A DNA stretch of 64,000 nucleotides, taken from NCBI GenBank assembly GCA_039818205.1, contig JBCBUK010000002.1:288001-352000 (forward strand). The letters are read 5' to 3'. The notes under the pieces are model-generated. The model had not been told where the DNA came from. It made no database searches and saw only the letters and a list, made by a program, of their open reading frames with translations. Below, piece by piece: positions 1 to 9,417 of the stretch. The position numbers were made by a program, and so were the translations under genes. Position 1 is the first letter of the stretch. Each line of letters opens with the position of its first letter. This stretch comes from Verrucomicrobiota bacterium. GTDB lineage: Bacteria > Verrucomicrobiota > Verrucomicrobiia > Opitutales > Cerasicoccaceae.

Positions 1-1
1 C

Positions 2-235
2 CGTCGATTCTTGGACGCAATTGTATTGGCCGAGCCCAAACTTTCTCCCGAGGAAGTGGCGTGGCGCTTTCATTTTTCCATTGCCACGATGCTGGGAGCA
101 TTGGGGACGCACAAATCGCTGAACCGCAATTGCGCCTCTGTTCCGACCTTGAACGGTAATGACATGGATGAAACCTGTCTGCGTTTGCGTAACTTTATCT
201 GCGCGGGCTTTCGAGGAGCCCAATTGAAGCCATGA
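2..235 (+). CDS. TetR/AcrR-family transcriptional regulator, C-terminal part (5' end lies outside the window)
   Basis: Open frame runs from the window edge. The 'LSPEEVAWRFHF...LRNFICAGFRG' pattern is typical of PsrA-like TetR C-terminal domains. The stop overlaps the ATG of the efflux operon (ATGA at 232-235). Confidence 0.7.
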   Translation, partial: RRFLDAIVLAEPKLSPEEVAWRFHFSIATMLGALGTHKSLNRNCASVPTLNGNDMDETCLRLRNFICAGFRGAQLKP

Positions 236-1773
236 GTCGCCCAAATCAACGATGGTCGGTGTTTGACCAATGGTTTCCGCTTGGCGGCCTTTTGCTCCTG
301 GCCGGATGCGCGGAACCACCCGCCAGTGAAGTAGCGGATCTGCCAGCGAGCTACCCAGTGGGTTGGACGGCTGATGCCGTTGACGAAGAGACCAATTATG
401 AGGGCACCCTTGAAGCTCAGTCGGGTGGATGGATTGATGATTTTGACGACCCGCAACTGCGCGAATTGGTGAACGAGGCGATCGCGCAGAACTACGATTT
501 GCAAGCAACGGCCGCGAGCATTGGGATCATTTCGGCGGATGCGACAATTGCCGGGGCGGATCAATATCCGATCGTTAATGCCGACGGGGATGCCGCCCGC
601 CAGAAGCAAAATATCGGCGGCAGCAATACCGAGTTCACCACGTTCATGATCGGGATTGGGGCAACCTGGGAAATTGATGTTTGGGGGCGACTCCGCGATC
701 GGCAGAGCGCAGCCTTAGCCGATGTGCAAGCTCAGCTGGCGACCTTGCAGGGTGCTCGTCTTTCGTTGGCTGCTCGCACCGCCAATGCGTGGTTTCGTGC
801 AATTGAGGCGCAGCAGCAATTGGAGCTCGCGGAAAGCACCTACCTCAGCTTCGACAGTGCGACCTCGGCCATTCAGGAGCGTTATGAGCGTGGCGTAAGT
901 CCGGCGTTGGATTTGCGCCTTTCTTTGGCCCAGACTGCATCGGCGAAGGCGGCGGTGGATCAGCGGGGCCGCGACTTTGATTCCAGTGTGCGGGAGCTCG
1001 AAGTTTTACTTGGACGCTATCCTTCTCGAGAGTTGGGAATCACGCCGAATCTTCCGGTTTTGGTTCGCCCCGTACCCGTTGGATTGCCATCGGAACTTCT
1101 CGAGAGACGCCCCGATCTGGTGGTTGCTGAGCGTCAGCTGGCTGCCTCGGGGAAACGCGTCAGTGAAGCCCGTAAAGCAATGCTTCCGAGGATCAGCCTG
1201 ACCGGCAGCTACGGTTATTCGAGTGACGAACTTGCCAATATGTTGAGCAACAGTTTTTCGGTTTGGAGTATTGCGGGAAATGCGCTCCAGCCGATTTTTC
1301 AAGGTTTGCGTTTGAGCGCCGGTGTTGACCGAGCTCGCGCGGTTGCGCAGCAAAGCCTGGCCAATTATGGCCAGACCGCATTAGACGCTTTTCGTGAAGT
1401 CGAATCGGCCTTGGCCGCTGAGCGTTTTCTCGATCAGCGCGTCATCAATTTGGACGAGTCGGCCACCCAATCGATTGCGGCAGAAGATGCCGCCTGGGAG
1501 CGCTATCAGCGCGGCCTTTCGGATATCATCACGGTTCTTGAGTCCCAGCGCCGGGCCTTTGAATCGCGGACAGCATTGATTTCTGCTCGCACCAATCGAT
1601 TGGTTAATCGAGTAAACCTTTACTTAGCCCTGGGAGGTGATTTCGGCGAGAGTGAACCGAATGAAACCGAAGTTGATACTCCGTTCGGGCCTAAGCCTAT
1701 CGCTTTGCCAGAGAAAGTAGCTCTGCAGAGCAAAGCGAATGATATTAAAAATTCTGAGTCTGATGAAATTTGA
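232..1773 (+). CDS. RND efflux outer-membrane factor lipoprotein (NodT/OprM family)
   Basis: Lipobox LLLAGC; 'FDDPQLRELV..A...N.DL', 'WEIDVWGR', 'LPSELLERRPD' and 'LYLALGG' motifs. Confidence 0.95.
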   Translation: MSRPNQRWSVFDQWFPLGGLLLLAGCAEPPASEVADLPASYPVGWTADAVDEETNYEGTLEAQSGGWIDDFDDPQLRELVNEAIAQNYDLQATAASIGIISADATIAGADQYPIVNADGDAARQKQNIGGSNTEFTTFMIGIGATWEIDVWGRLRDRQSAALADVQAQLATLQGARLSLAARTANAWFRAIEAQQQLELAESTYLSFDSATSAIQERYERGVSPALDLRLSLAQTASAKAAVDQRGRDFDSSVRELEVLLGRYPSRELGITPNLPVLVRPVPVGLPSELLERRPDLVVAERQLAASGKRVSEARKAMLPRISLTGSYGYSSDELANMLSNSFSVWSIAGNALQPIFQGLRLSAGVDRARAVAQQSLANYGQTALDAFREVESALAAERFLDQRVINLDESATQSIAAEDAAWERYQRGLSDIITVLESQRRAFESRTALISARTNRLVNRVNLYLALGGDFGESEPNETEVDTPFGPKPIALPEKVALQSKANDIKNSESDEI

Positions 1774-1782
1774 GTTCTGGTC

Positions 1783-3063
1783 ATGAAAACCGCAAACGAT
1801 CCAGTTGGGAAAAAGAAAGATCCACCGCCCGTGCCGAGTCAGCAGGAGATTGATCGGGCTGCGGCCGTAGCCACCACGCCGACAGCCACGCGCCGACCGT
1901 TTTCGCCGTGGAAGATTATTCTGCCTCTCCTGATTTTGGGCCTAGCCGTGACAGGCGCCAAGGTCATCGTGAACACCAAGCCGGTTCCGACGGCAAAGGA
2001 GACGCCTGAGCGGGTTGAAGCGGTCGAGATCATTGCTGTTCAGCCGCAGACGGTCACGCTTTCAGTTGCATCCCAAGGAACCGTGCGTCCAAGGATTGAA
2101 ACTCAGTTAACCGCCGAGGTTGTTGGCCGGATCGAAGAGGTTTCGGAGAACTTTCGCCCCGGTGGTTTTATTCGCAAAGGAGAGATGTTGATCCGGATTG
2201 ACCCGGTGAATTACGAATCCGCAGTTGCGACCGCCCAAGCGAACTTGGCGCAAGCTCGCTTGGTGTTGGCTCAGGAAATTGCCTTAGCTGAACAGGCCGA
2301 AGCGGATTGGTCGGACTTGGGGCGCGGCGATCCCAATGATTTGGCTTTGCGCAAGCCGCAGCTCGAGCAAGCGCAGGCGGTGCTGATTAGTGCTGAAGCT
2401 GAATTACGACGGGCAGAGCGCGACCTTGAGCGAACTGAAGTGCGGGCGCCCTACGATGGCCGTGTCCGTCAGCAGGGAGTTGATTTGGGGCAGTTTATTG
2501 GCAACAACATGCAGATCGGAGTGATCTATAGCACCGACATCGCTGAAGTCTTCTTGCCCTTGGATGATTCGGAAGTTTCTCGATTGATCTTGCCCGAGGC
2601 AATTGATGGCCCCGATGTCGATGGTCCCGCCGTTCGTTTGTCCGCGACTTTCGGTGGACAGCAGTATCACTGGGAAGGGCATCTCGTGCGGACTGGTGCG
2701 GCCTTTGATTCACGAAGCCGATTGCTTGATGCTGTGGCTGAGATCCACGACCCACTAGCGAAGGATCCCGAGCAACCAGGACGCCCGGTGTTGAAGCCTG
2801 GGATGTTCGTTGAGGCAGAGATCGTTGGACGTGAGGTGAGCGACAGCTACGTCATTCCGCGAATTGCCTTGCGGGAGAATAATACCGTGTTGGTTGCACA
2901 GGAGGACAATACACTCGAGCGCCGCGAGGTGGAGGTTGTCCAGGCTAACACCAAGCAAGCGATTATTCGCGGAGGCTTGGAAACAGGGGATCGAGTAATT
3001 ACCAGCCCGATGGAGTATGTGATCATCGGAATGAAGCTCAAGGTAACTGAGAAAGAGTCATGA
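1783..3063 (+). CDS. RND efflux periplasmic adaptor (MFP) subunit
   Basis: N-terminal TM anchor, lipoyl/hairpin motifs 'GTVRP', 'VRAPYDGRV' and 'LKPGMFV'; lies between the OMF and the permease. Confidence 0.95.
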   Translation: MKTANDPVGKKKDPPPVPSQQEIDRAAAVATTPTATRRPFSPWKIILPLLILGLAVTGAKVIVNTKPVPTAKETPERVEAVEIIAVQPQTVTLSVASQGTVRPRIETQLTAEVVGRIEEVSENFRPGGFIRKGEMLIRIDPVNYESAVATAQANLAQARLVLAQEIALAEQAEADWSDLGRGDPNDLALRKPQLEQAQAVLISAEAELRRAERDLERTEVRAPYDGRVRQQGVDLGQFIGNNMQIGVIYSTDIAEVFLPLDDSEVSRLILPEAIDGPDVDGPAVRLSATFGGQQYHWEGHLVRTGAAFDSRSRLLDAVAEIHDPLAKDPEQPGRPVLKPGMFVEAEIVGREVSDSYVIPRIALRENNTVLVAQEDNTLERREVEVVQANTKQAIIRGGLETGDRVITSPMEYVIIGMKLKVTEKES

Positions 3064-6000
3064 TTAACTGGTTTGCCCGGAATGGCGTTGCTGCCAACCT
3101 ATTGGCCTTGGTTTTGGTGCTGGGCGGGTTGTTCTCCATGCTCAATGTCAAGATTGAGCTGTTTCCTCAGTTTTCGTTCGACACGATTAGTATTCGCGTT
3201 CCGTTTCGCGGGGCCGCCCCAGAGGAAGTTGAAGAGCAGGTCATCACGCGGATTGAAGAAAAGATACAGGACCTGGATGGCATTAAGGAGCTGCGGGCGA
3301 ACGCGATCGAAGGCGTCGGCGTGGTTACAGTCGAAGTCCAAAAGGGATATGATGTCCGCAAGCTGTTGGACGACATAAAAACCCGCGTTGATTCAATTGA
3401 TACTTTTCCGGAAGAGTCGGAACGACCCGTTATCGAGGAGAACTTGATCCGGCGTGAGGTGATGGCGATTTCGATTCGGGGTGATACCGACGAGAAGACC
3501 TTGAAGCGCCTGGCGGAAGAAGTGCGGGAGGACTTGCTGGCAACTGGCGAGGTGACCCAAGTCGACATTATTGGCGTCCGAGATTACGAGATCAGTGTGG
3601 AGGTCAGCGAGACAGCTTTACGTCGCTATGGACTTGCGTTTGAGGACGTCGTTCGTGCCGTCCGCGAGACTTCGATCGACTTGCCTGGTGGCGCGATCAA
3701 GAGCGATGGTGGAGAAATTTTACTGCGCACAAAAGGGCAGGCCTATGAGGGCAAGGAGTTTGAGGACATCGTATTGCTCACCCGCGAAGACGGCACTCGG
3801 GTTATGCTTGGCGAGGTGGCCAACATTAACGATGGTTTCACGGATGAGCCCTTGGCCATGATGACCGATGGCTTGCCGGGTGTTGATTTGGTCGTTTACG
3901 AAGTCGGCAACCAGAATCCCTTGGGCATATCGGCCAAGGTCAAAGAATACGTGAAGGAGAAAGAGAAGACGCTCCCGGATGGTTTCACGCTAAGCACTTG
4001 GCGTGACACCTCGTATTACCTTTGGGGCCGCCTCAACATGTTGATCGAGAATGGTGCCCTCGGTTTGGTCTTGGTCCTCACGGTCCTGACGATTTTCTTG
4101 CGACCATCATTGGCTTTCTGGGTCACGCTTGGTATCCCGATTTCCTTCCTGGGTACTTTTTTCGTGATGCCCTGGATCGATACCTCGGTGAACTTGATTT
4201 CGCTCTTCGGATTCATCCTGGTTTTGGGGATTGTGGTGGACGATGCCATTGTGGTGGGGGAAAGTGTCTTTACGGAATTTCAGCGAAGTGGTCCGGGGGT
4301 GGAGTCTTCCGTGCGTGGAACCCATGCGGTTGCGACTCCGGTGACTTTTGCGGTGTTGACCACCGCGGTTGCCTTTACGCCGCTGCTTATCCTTCCAGGT
4401 TTCGAGGGGAAATTTTTGAAGGCCATTCCGATGGTGGTCATTCCGACCCTCCTGTTCTCGCTGGTCGAATCGAAGCTGATTTTGCCCTACCACCTTTCCC
4501 TGTGTAATGTCGGTGGACGCGACCGAGGAAAGATCAATGCCTTCCAGCGATTCCAGCGACGAATCTCTGATGGGTTGGAGTACTGTATCGATAAATACTA
4601 TCGCCCGTTCTTGGCGTTGGCCTTGCACAACCGCTATGCCACGATTGCGGCCTTTGTTGGAATCCTGGCACTGACCTTTGCCTTGATCGGCGGGGGTCGA
4701 GTGAAGATTGTCCCGTTTCCAGCGGTTCCCAGTGATTACATTGGTGTGCTGTTTAAATACCCGGATGGAACACCGGCTTCAGTCTCCCAACAGGGCATTG
4801 ACCGCATCAACGCAGCGTTAGACAGAGTGATCCAAGATAGTATGGACGCAGGTCGCCCCAATCCGGTTGACAAGCATCAGACAGTAATTGGAGTGCAGGC
4901 ATTCGGGGGTGGCCCAGGTGGCTCGTCGTCGTCGTCGGTGCAGAGCCATCAAGGGCAGGTCGTTGTCGAGTTGCGCAAGTCGGAATTGCGGCAGGACGAA
5001 GACTCCGCCGTCCTGCTCGCTAATCGCTGGCGCGAGGAGGTCGGGCAGATTCCTGGCTTGAAGGAGATTTCCTTCGAAGCAACCGCTGCCGGTGGTGCCG
5101 GTGAGCCTGTCGATATCCAGATTAGCGGTGGGACATTGGCTGAGCTTCGACAGGTCGCCAATGAAGTAAAAGAAGTGCTTCGCAACTATGATGGCATCTT
5201 TGATATTCGCGATAACTTGGCCGATGGGCAGAAGGAGATTCAGCTAAAGATCAAACCAAGTGCGGAAGCGCTGGGACTGACCCAGGCGAGCTTGGGTCAG
5301 CAAGTACGCTCAGCATTTTTTGGTGCCGAAGCCCAACGAGTTCAGCGAGGGCGCGACGATGTTCGCGTGATGGTCCGCTACCCGCGCGAGGAACGGGAAT
5401 CGGTGGGCAATTTGGAACAGATGCGGATTCGGACTCCCGATGGTCGCGAAGTTCCGTTTAGTGAAGTGGCCGAGATTGAAGTCGGCCTTGGCTACGCCGC
5501 GATCAATCGCGTGGAACGCGAGCGAGTGGTTAACATTTTCGCTGATGCAGATAAGGGCCGAATCGATTTGGAGGCGGTTAAGGATAAACTGCAGGAAGAC
5601 GTGTTGCCCAAAGTTATTGAGAAATACGATGGGGTTACTTTTACCTTTGAAGGCGAATCCAAGGAAGTTGAAGAGGGTAATCGTTCCTTGATGACCAGCA
5701 CTTTGCTCGTGTTCTTTGTGATGTATGCGCTCCTGGCGATACCGTTCAAGAGTTACCTTCAGCCACTGATCGTGATGATGGTGATTCCGTTTGGTCTCGT
5801 TGGGGCGGTTTGGGGACACGTGCTGATGGGGCACAACTTGAGCCGTCTTTCGTTCTTTGGCATTATCGCCTTAGCTGGGGTTGTTGTGAATGACAGCCTC
5901 GTGTTGGTTGACTATATTAACCGCCAGCGGGCTAAGGGAGTACCCTTGTTGGACGCGGTTTGGGAAGCCGGCGCGGCTCGATTCCGTCCGATTTTGCTGA

Positions 6001-6251
6001 CCTCTCTGACAACCTTCTGCGGTCTGATGCCGATTTTGTTTGAGAAGAGCCTCCAGGCCCAGTTCCTGATCCCGATGGCAATCTCACTCAGCTTCGGTAT
6101 CCTTTTTGCAACATTCATCACACTGTTGCTGGTGCCTGCGACCTATTTGATTCTCGAGGATATCAAGCGGGCTGCTGTCATATCCTGGCGGTGGTTCTGG
6201 GGCAAGCCGCTCAGCTCGTCCACTTCTCCAGGTTCCCGGGTCGATGTCTAG
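3060..6251 (+). CDS. RND efflux permease (AcrB/AcrD/AcrF family)
   Basis: 1063 aa; 'GIVVDDAIVVGE', 'GVVVNDSLVLVD' and 'RFRPILLTSLTT' motifs; two large periplasmic loops. Confidence 0.95.
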   Translation: MINWFARNGVAANLLALVLVLGGLFSMLNVKIELFPQFSFDTISIRVPFRGAAPEEVEEQVITRIEEKIQDLDGIKELRANAIEGVGVVTVEVQKGYDVRKLLDDIKTRVDSIDTFPEESERPVIEENLIRREVMAISIRGDTDEKTLKRLAEEVREDLLATGEVTQVDIIGVRDYEISVEVSETALRRYGLAFEDVVRAVRETSIDLPGGAIKSDGGEILLRTKGQAYEGKEFEDIVLLTREDGTRVMLGEVANINDGFTDEPLAMMTDGLPGVDLVVYEVGNQNPLGISAKVKEYVKEKEKTLPDGFTLSTWRDTSYYLWGRLNMLIENGALGLVLVLTVLTIFLRPSLAFWVTLGIPISFLGTFFVMPWIDTSVNLISLFGFILVLGIVVDDAIVVGESVFTEFQRSGPGVESSVRGTHAVATPVTFAVLTTAVAFTPLLILPGFEGKFLKAIPMVVIPTLLFSLVESKLILPYHLSLCNVGGRDRGKINAFQRFQRRISDGLEYCIDKYYRPFLALALHNRYATIAAFVGILALTFALIGGGRVKIVPFPAVPSDYIGVLFKYPDGTPASVSQQGIDRINAALDRVIQDSMDAGRPNPVDKHQTVIGVQAFGGGPGGSSSSSVQSHQGQVVVELRKSELRQDEDSAVLLANRWREEVGQIPGLKEISFEATAAGGAGEPVDIQISGGTLAELRQVANEVKEVLRNYDGIFDIRDNLADGQKEIQLKIKPSAEALGLTQASLGQQVRSAFFGAEAQRVQRGRDDVRVMVRYPREERESVGNLEQMRIRTPDGREVPFSEVAEIEVGLGYAAINRVERERVVNIFADADKGRIDLEAVKDKLQEDVLPKVIEKYDGVTFTFEGESKEVEEGNRSLMTSTLLVFFVMYALLAIPFKSYLQPLIVMMVIPFGLVGAVWGHVLMGHNLSRLSFFGIIALAGVVVNDSLVLVDYINRQRAKGVPLLDAVWEAGAARFRPILLTSLTTFCGLMPILFEKSLQAQFLIPMAISLSFGILFATFITLLLVPATYLILEDIKRAAVISWRWFWGKPLSSSTSPGSRVDV

Positions 6252-7015
6252 GTGTCCAAATCGGGATGATCGATCATCACGAGGCCCATCTTTGGTTTGC
6301 CTTTCATCGCTTCGTTAACGGACTTCGACAGTTCCAGTCTAAGATCGTGGTATTGCTTTTTCAGGCCGCTCATTTGCTGATTGATATTTGAGGCGGCAGC
6401 TTGTCTCTGAAGTCGTGCGGGGTCGCTCTGAGTGCGAATGATGCCAATAGGCGCGCCAATGCTTGCCCCCTGAGAGTGGGTTGCGCGTGTGGCGCGATTC
6501 TCCTGTTTCATTATTCGAAGTTGCGCCTGGTATTGTTGAAGCTGGTCTTCGATCGATTCCATCTGTGTTTTTACTTGTTTCGTCTTCGGATCGGTCAATT
6601 CGGCAATGTAAAAACGGGCGTCGCGAATAGCCGTGGTGGCGCAGACCTTTGCGACCGCTAGAGCAATGTCTTCACGTGGATTGGTTAGTGACAGCGTAAA
6701 AACGTGGCGTTCAGGATCGGGTTGGATGGTGAGCGCGCTGCGGATCGCTTGGCTGATCGCATCGGAATTGCGGGGATTATTGATGCCCACAGATCGACAA
6801 TACTCGTCTCGAGTCGTTGAGAGCCTCATGGTTACATCACGAACGTAATCGTCGGAGTTGAGGAAGTTTGTGGCTTTTTCCATCGCCTGATCGGGGTCGA
6901 TGCCCGCGATATCACCCGGCCAAATCAATTGGAGAGTTGTGGTCGCCGTTGCGGAGAAGGATTGGGAAGTGAACAGGCAGCCGAGGAAGGCTAGGAATGA
7001 CAATCGATGGAGCAT
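6248..7015 (-). CDS. Secreted hypothetical protein resembling the periplasmic domain of Wzz/Wzc polysaccharide co-polymerases
   Basis: Start moved to the ATG at 7015, which gives signal peptide MLHRLSFLAFLGCLFTSQSFSA. The 'ALTIQPDPERHVFTLSLTNPREDIALAVAK' segment is followed by a coiled coil and a terminal 'VMIDHP'. Confidence 0.55.
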   Translation of the reverse strand: MLHRLSFLAFLGCLFTSQSFSATATTTLQLIWPGDIAGIDPDQAMEKATNFLNSDDYVRDVTMRLSTTRDEYCRSVGINNPRNSDAISQAIRSALTIQPDPERHVFTLSLTNPREDIALAVAKVCATTAIRDARFYIAELTDPKTKQVKTQMESIEDQLQQYQAQLRIMKQENRATRATHSQGASIGAPIGIIRTQSDPARLQRQAAASNINQQMSGLKKQYHDLRLELSKSVNEAMKGKPKMGLVMIDHPDLDT

Positions 7016-7119
7016 GCAATTGAGTCTGTCTAAGCTGCGAACCGCATTCAAGACCACAGTTCTGTTCACCAGATCGCGGTGTTTCTTGGTCCGGTCGCTT
7101 TGTTCAGGCAGTAGAATCT

Positions 7120-7137
7120 GTTCAAAAACTCTTGAAC
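7120..7137. promoter_or_regulatory. Inverted repeat GTTCAA-N6-TTGAAC, putative operator of the GbsR-type regulator
   Basis: Perfect 6-bp arms 30 nt upstream of the regulator ATG, in a divergent intergenic region. TGTTCA also occurs at 7063 and 7101. Confidence 0.5.
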
Positions 7138-7167
7138 TTTGGAGCAATCTCAGTTTCATACAACCCG

Positions 7168-7698
7168 ATGCCCCAATTGCCCGCAAAGTCAGCATCGACG
7201 CCGTCGGATCCCGAAAATTCAGCGGCGAATACGGTATTGGACGAATGGGAGCACGTAGTGATCGAGACCTTTGTTCATGCTGCACAGTTGATCGGCATTC
7301 CGAAATCGGTGGGTCAAATCTATGGACTCCTGTTTTGCCGAGAAGTGGCGCTGCCCATGGACAGCATTATGGAGACTCTTGGCATCTCCAAGGGCTCTGG
7401 GAGTATGGGTTTGAAAACACTGCGCCAAATTGGCGCAGTAAAGGTGGTTTTCGTTGTTGGCGATCGGCGCGATCATTATATCGCGGAGTTGAAGCTTCGA
7501 AAGTTGGTTTCCGGCTTTATTAGCGAGCAAGTGCGACCTCATTTGGATAGTGGTAGTGAGCGCTTGGATCACTTGGAGAAGCTTGTTGACGATCTACCGG
7601 AGGGGGACCGGAAGCTTGCGGAATCGCGTTTGGAAATATTGCGCTCGTGGCATGGGAAGACGGCGAAGGTGTTACCGGTCATTCAAAAGTTCCTCTGA
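7168..7698 (+). CDS. GbsR/MarR-family transcriptional regulator
   Basis: 'GIPKSVGQIYGLLF...LPMDSIMETLGISKGSGSMGLKTL...GDRRDHY.AE' is the GbsR-type winged helix. ATG at 7168. Confidence 0.9.
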   Translation: MPQLPAKSASTPSDPENSAANTVLDEWEHVVIETFVHAAQLIGIPKSVGQIYGLLFCREVALPMDSIMETLGISKGSGSMGLKTLRQIGAVKVVFVVGDRRDHYIAELKLRKLVSGFISEQVRPHLDSGSERLDHLEKLVDDLPEGDRKLAESRLEILRSWHGKTAKVLPVIQKFL

Positions 7699-7794
7699 TT
7701 TTCTTTTTCGGCAGTATTCGGCTGCTTTTTGGCCCTATGGGCAACCTGACAGTATTATTATTTCTATATTGGCTTTCTGTCTCCGACGGTCCCG

Positions 7795-7811
7795 GCCAAG
7801 GGCGGCAGCGT
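7795..7811 (+). promoter_or_regulatory. ops/JUMPStart-like element GCCAAGGGCGGCAGCGT
   Basis: One mismatch to the ops core GGCGGTAGCGT, with the upstream GCCAAG context; about 25 nt before the first gene of a long polysaccharide operon. Confidence 0.35.
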
Positions 7812-7835
7812 CTTTAGTTGCCAGACTTCGTATTG

Positions 7836-8408
7836 ATGAGTGCAAAAATTCAACATGAGATTGACGAGCTAGCGGCAGTGGTTGCTGATACGCGTCTCCT
7901 TGCGCCCGGAATTGAATCCTCGGGGCAGCGCCTGATTGATGTCTTGCGCGGCGGAGGCAAGATTTTGACCTGCGGTAATGGCGGTAGTGCTACCGATGCT
8001 CTGCATTTAGCCGAGGAGTTTGTGGGACGGTATAAAGGAGAGCGCCCGTCATTGCCGGCGATCTGCTTAAGTGCGGATGTTTCGGTGCTGACCTGCATTG
8101 CCAATGACTATGGGTTTGAAGCTGTCTTTTCTCGTGCAGTTGAAGGCTTGGGTAAGCCAGGGGATGCGTTAGTGGGAATATCCACAAGTGGAAACTCCGA
8201 GAACATATTACGCGCATTTAGCGTGGCTCGTCAGCGGGGGATGGTAACGATTCTCCTGAGCGGAAAATCTGGCGGCGCGGCAAAAGGGCAATGTGATTTT
8301 GAGCTGATTGTTCCGAGTGAAACCACTGCTCGAATCCAAGAAATCCACACACTTATCCTCCATTGTTGGTTGGAGATGGTAGAAGCGGAGAATTGGAGCG
8401 CGCAATGA
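7836..8408 (+). CDS. gmhA: D-sedoheptulose-7-phosphate isomerase
   Basis: 'CGNGGSATDALHLAEEF', 'IANDYGF', 'ISTSGNS' and 'TARIQEIH' motifs. Confidence 0.95.
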   Translation: MSAKIQHEIDELAAVVADTRLLAPGIESSGQRLIDVLRGGGKILTCGNGGSATDALHLAEEFVGRYKGERPSLPAICLSADVSVLTCIANDYGFEAVFSRAVEGLGKPGDALVGISTSGNSENILRAFSVARQRGMVTILLSGKSGGAAKGQCDFELIVPSETTARIQEIHTLILHCWLEMVEAENWSAQ

Positions 8409-9403
8409 CACCTCGATTAAACGAGCTGATTCAGTCACTTCCTGATGTTCGAATTCTGGTGGTGGGAGATATCATGCTCGACCATTACATTTGGGGAGAC
8501 GCCACGCGGATTTCTCCCGAAGCACCCGTTCCAGTAGTCAACGTTTACGAGGATACTTGGCAGGCTGGAGGTGCCGCTAATGTAGCGCTAAATTTGACTG
8601 CCCTTTCTGTAAATGCCGGTATTGTCGGGGTGTGTGCCGAAGATGACGCGGGCGACAAGCTAAGAGCCATTTTCGATGAGCGGGGTGTCGACCGCAAGGG
8701 TCTTCAAATGACGAATGAAGCGCCGACGATTCGGAAGACACGCATCGTTGTCCAGAAGCAGCAAATTTGCCGAGTCGATCGTGAATCGTCTACCAATCAA
8801 TACGCTCTGCCTGATCTAGCGGAGATTCAGCAGGCCTGTCGCGATGTTGATGCAGTGATCGTTTCCGACTACGCGAAGGGCGTTGTATCTAATGAATTGC
8901 TGAACTTGCTGGCTGGAGAGCGGGTCGATTCTCGGCCTTTGCTGGCGATTGATCCGAAACCGAAACGGCGTCTAGATTATGAAGGGGCTGATTTAATTAC
9001 TCCTAATCGCAGCGAAGCCCTGGAGCTGGCTGGAATCAGTATCGGTCATCATGATCCGTTTCCGGCGCGTGCCGTTTGTGATGCGATTTGGAAAGCCTAT
9101 CATCCCCATCGGCTTGTCGTAACCCTTGGAGCTGGGGGGATGCTGCTTGTCCGGGAGGGCGAGATTCTTGGTCGGTTACCAACGCGTGCTCGTGAAGTAT
9201 TTGATGTATCCGGCGCGGGTGATACCGTGATCTCGGTTTTAACGGCAGCGCTGGCGGCAGGAGCAACCCTGCTCGAAGCAGCGCACCTTGCCAATGCTGC
9301 TGCGGGAATTGTTGTGGCAAAATTTGGTGCAGCCACTGTTTCTCCCAATGAACTTCAATCTATTGACCTTGAGAGTGACCTCGAGTTAATCCAGGTCGAT
9401 TGA
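8405..9403 (+). CDS. rfaE1: D-glycero-beta-D-manno-heptose-7-phosphate kinase (stand-alone RfaE domain I / HldA)
   Basis: 'VGDIMLDHY..G...RISPEAPVPVV', 'GGAANVA', 'SDYAKG' and 'DVSGAGDTV'; no adenylyltransferase domain. ATGA overlap with gmhA. Confidence 0.9.
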   Translation: MTPRLNELIQSLPDVRILVVGDIMLDHYIWGDATRISPEAPVPVVNVYEDTWQAGGAANVALNLTALSVNAGIVGVCAEDDAGDKLRAIFDERGVDRKGLQMTNEAPTIRKTRIVVQKQQICRVDRESSTNQYALPDLAEIQQACRDVDAVIVSDYAKGVVSNELLNLLAGERVDSRPLLAIDPKPKRRLDYEGADLITPNRSEALELAGISIGHHDPFPARAVCDAIWKAYHPHRLVVTLGAGGMLLVREGEILGRLPTRAREVFDVSGAGDTVISVLTAALAAGATLLEAAHLANAAAGIVVAKFGAATVSPNELQSIDLESDLELIQVD

Positions 9404-9417
9404 GAAAAATTAATCCT

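Noticed and set aside
4923..4937. (TCG)5 microsatellite in the RND permease
   Set aside because: An in-frame Ser run in a flexible loop; too short and triplet-based, so not a phase-variation switch.
7016..7285. N-terminal extension of the 345 aa minus-strand ORF
   Set aside because: It overlaps the GbsR gene and its promoter region; the ATG at 7015 gives a clean signal peptide.
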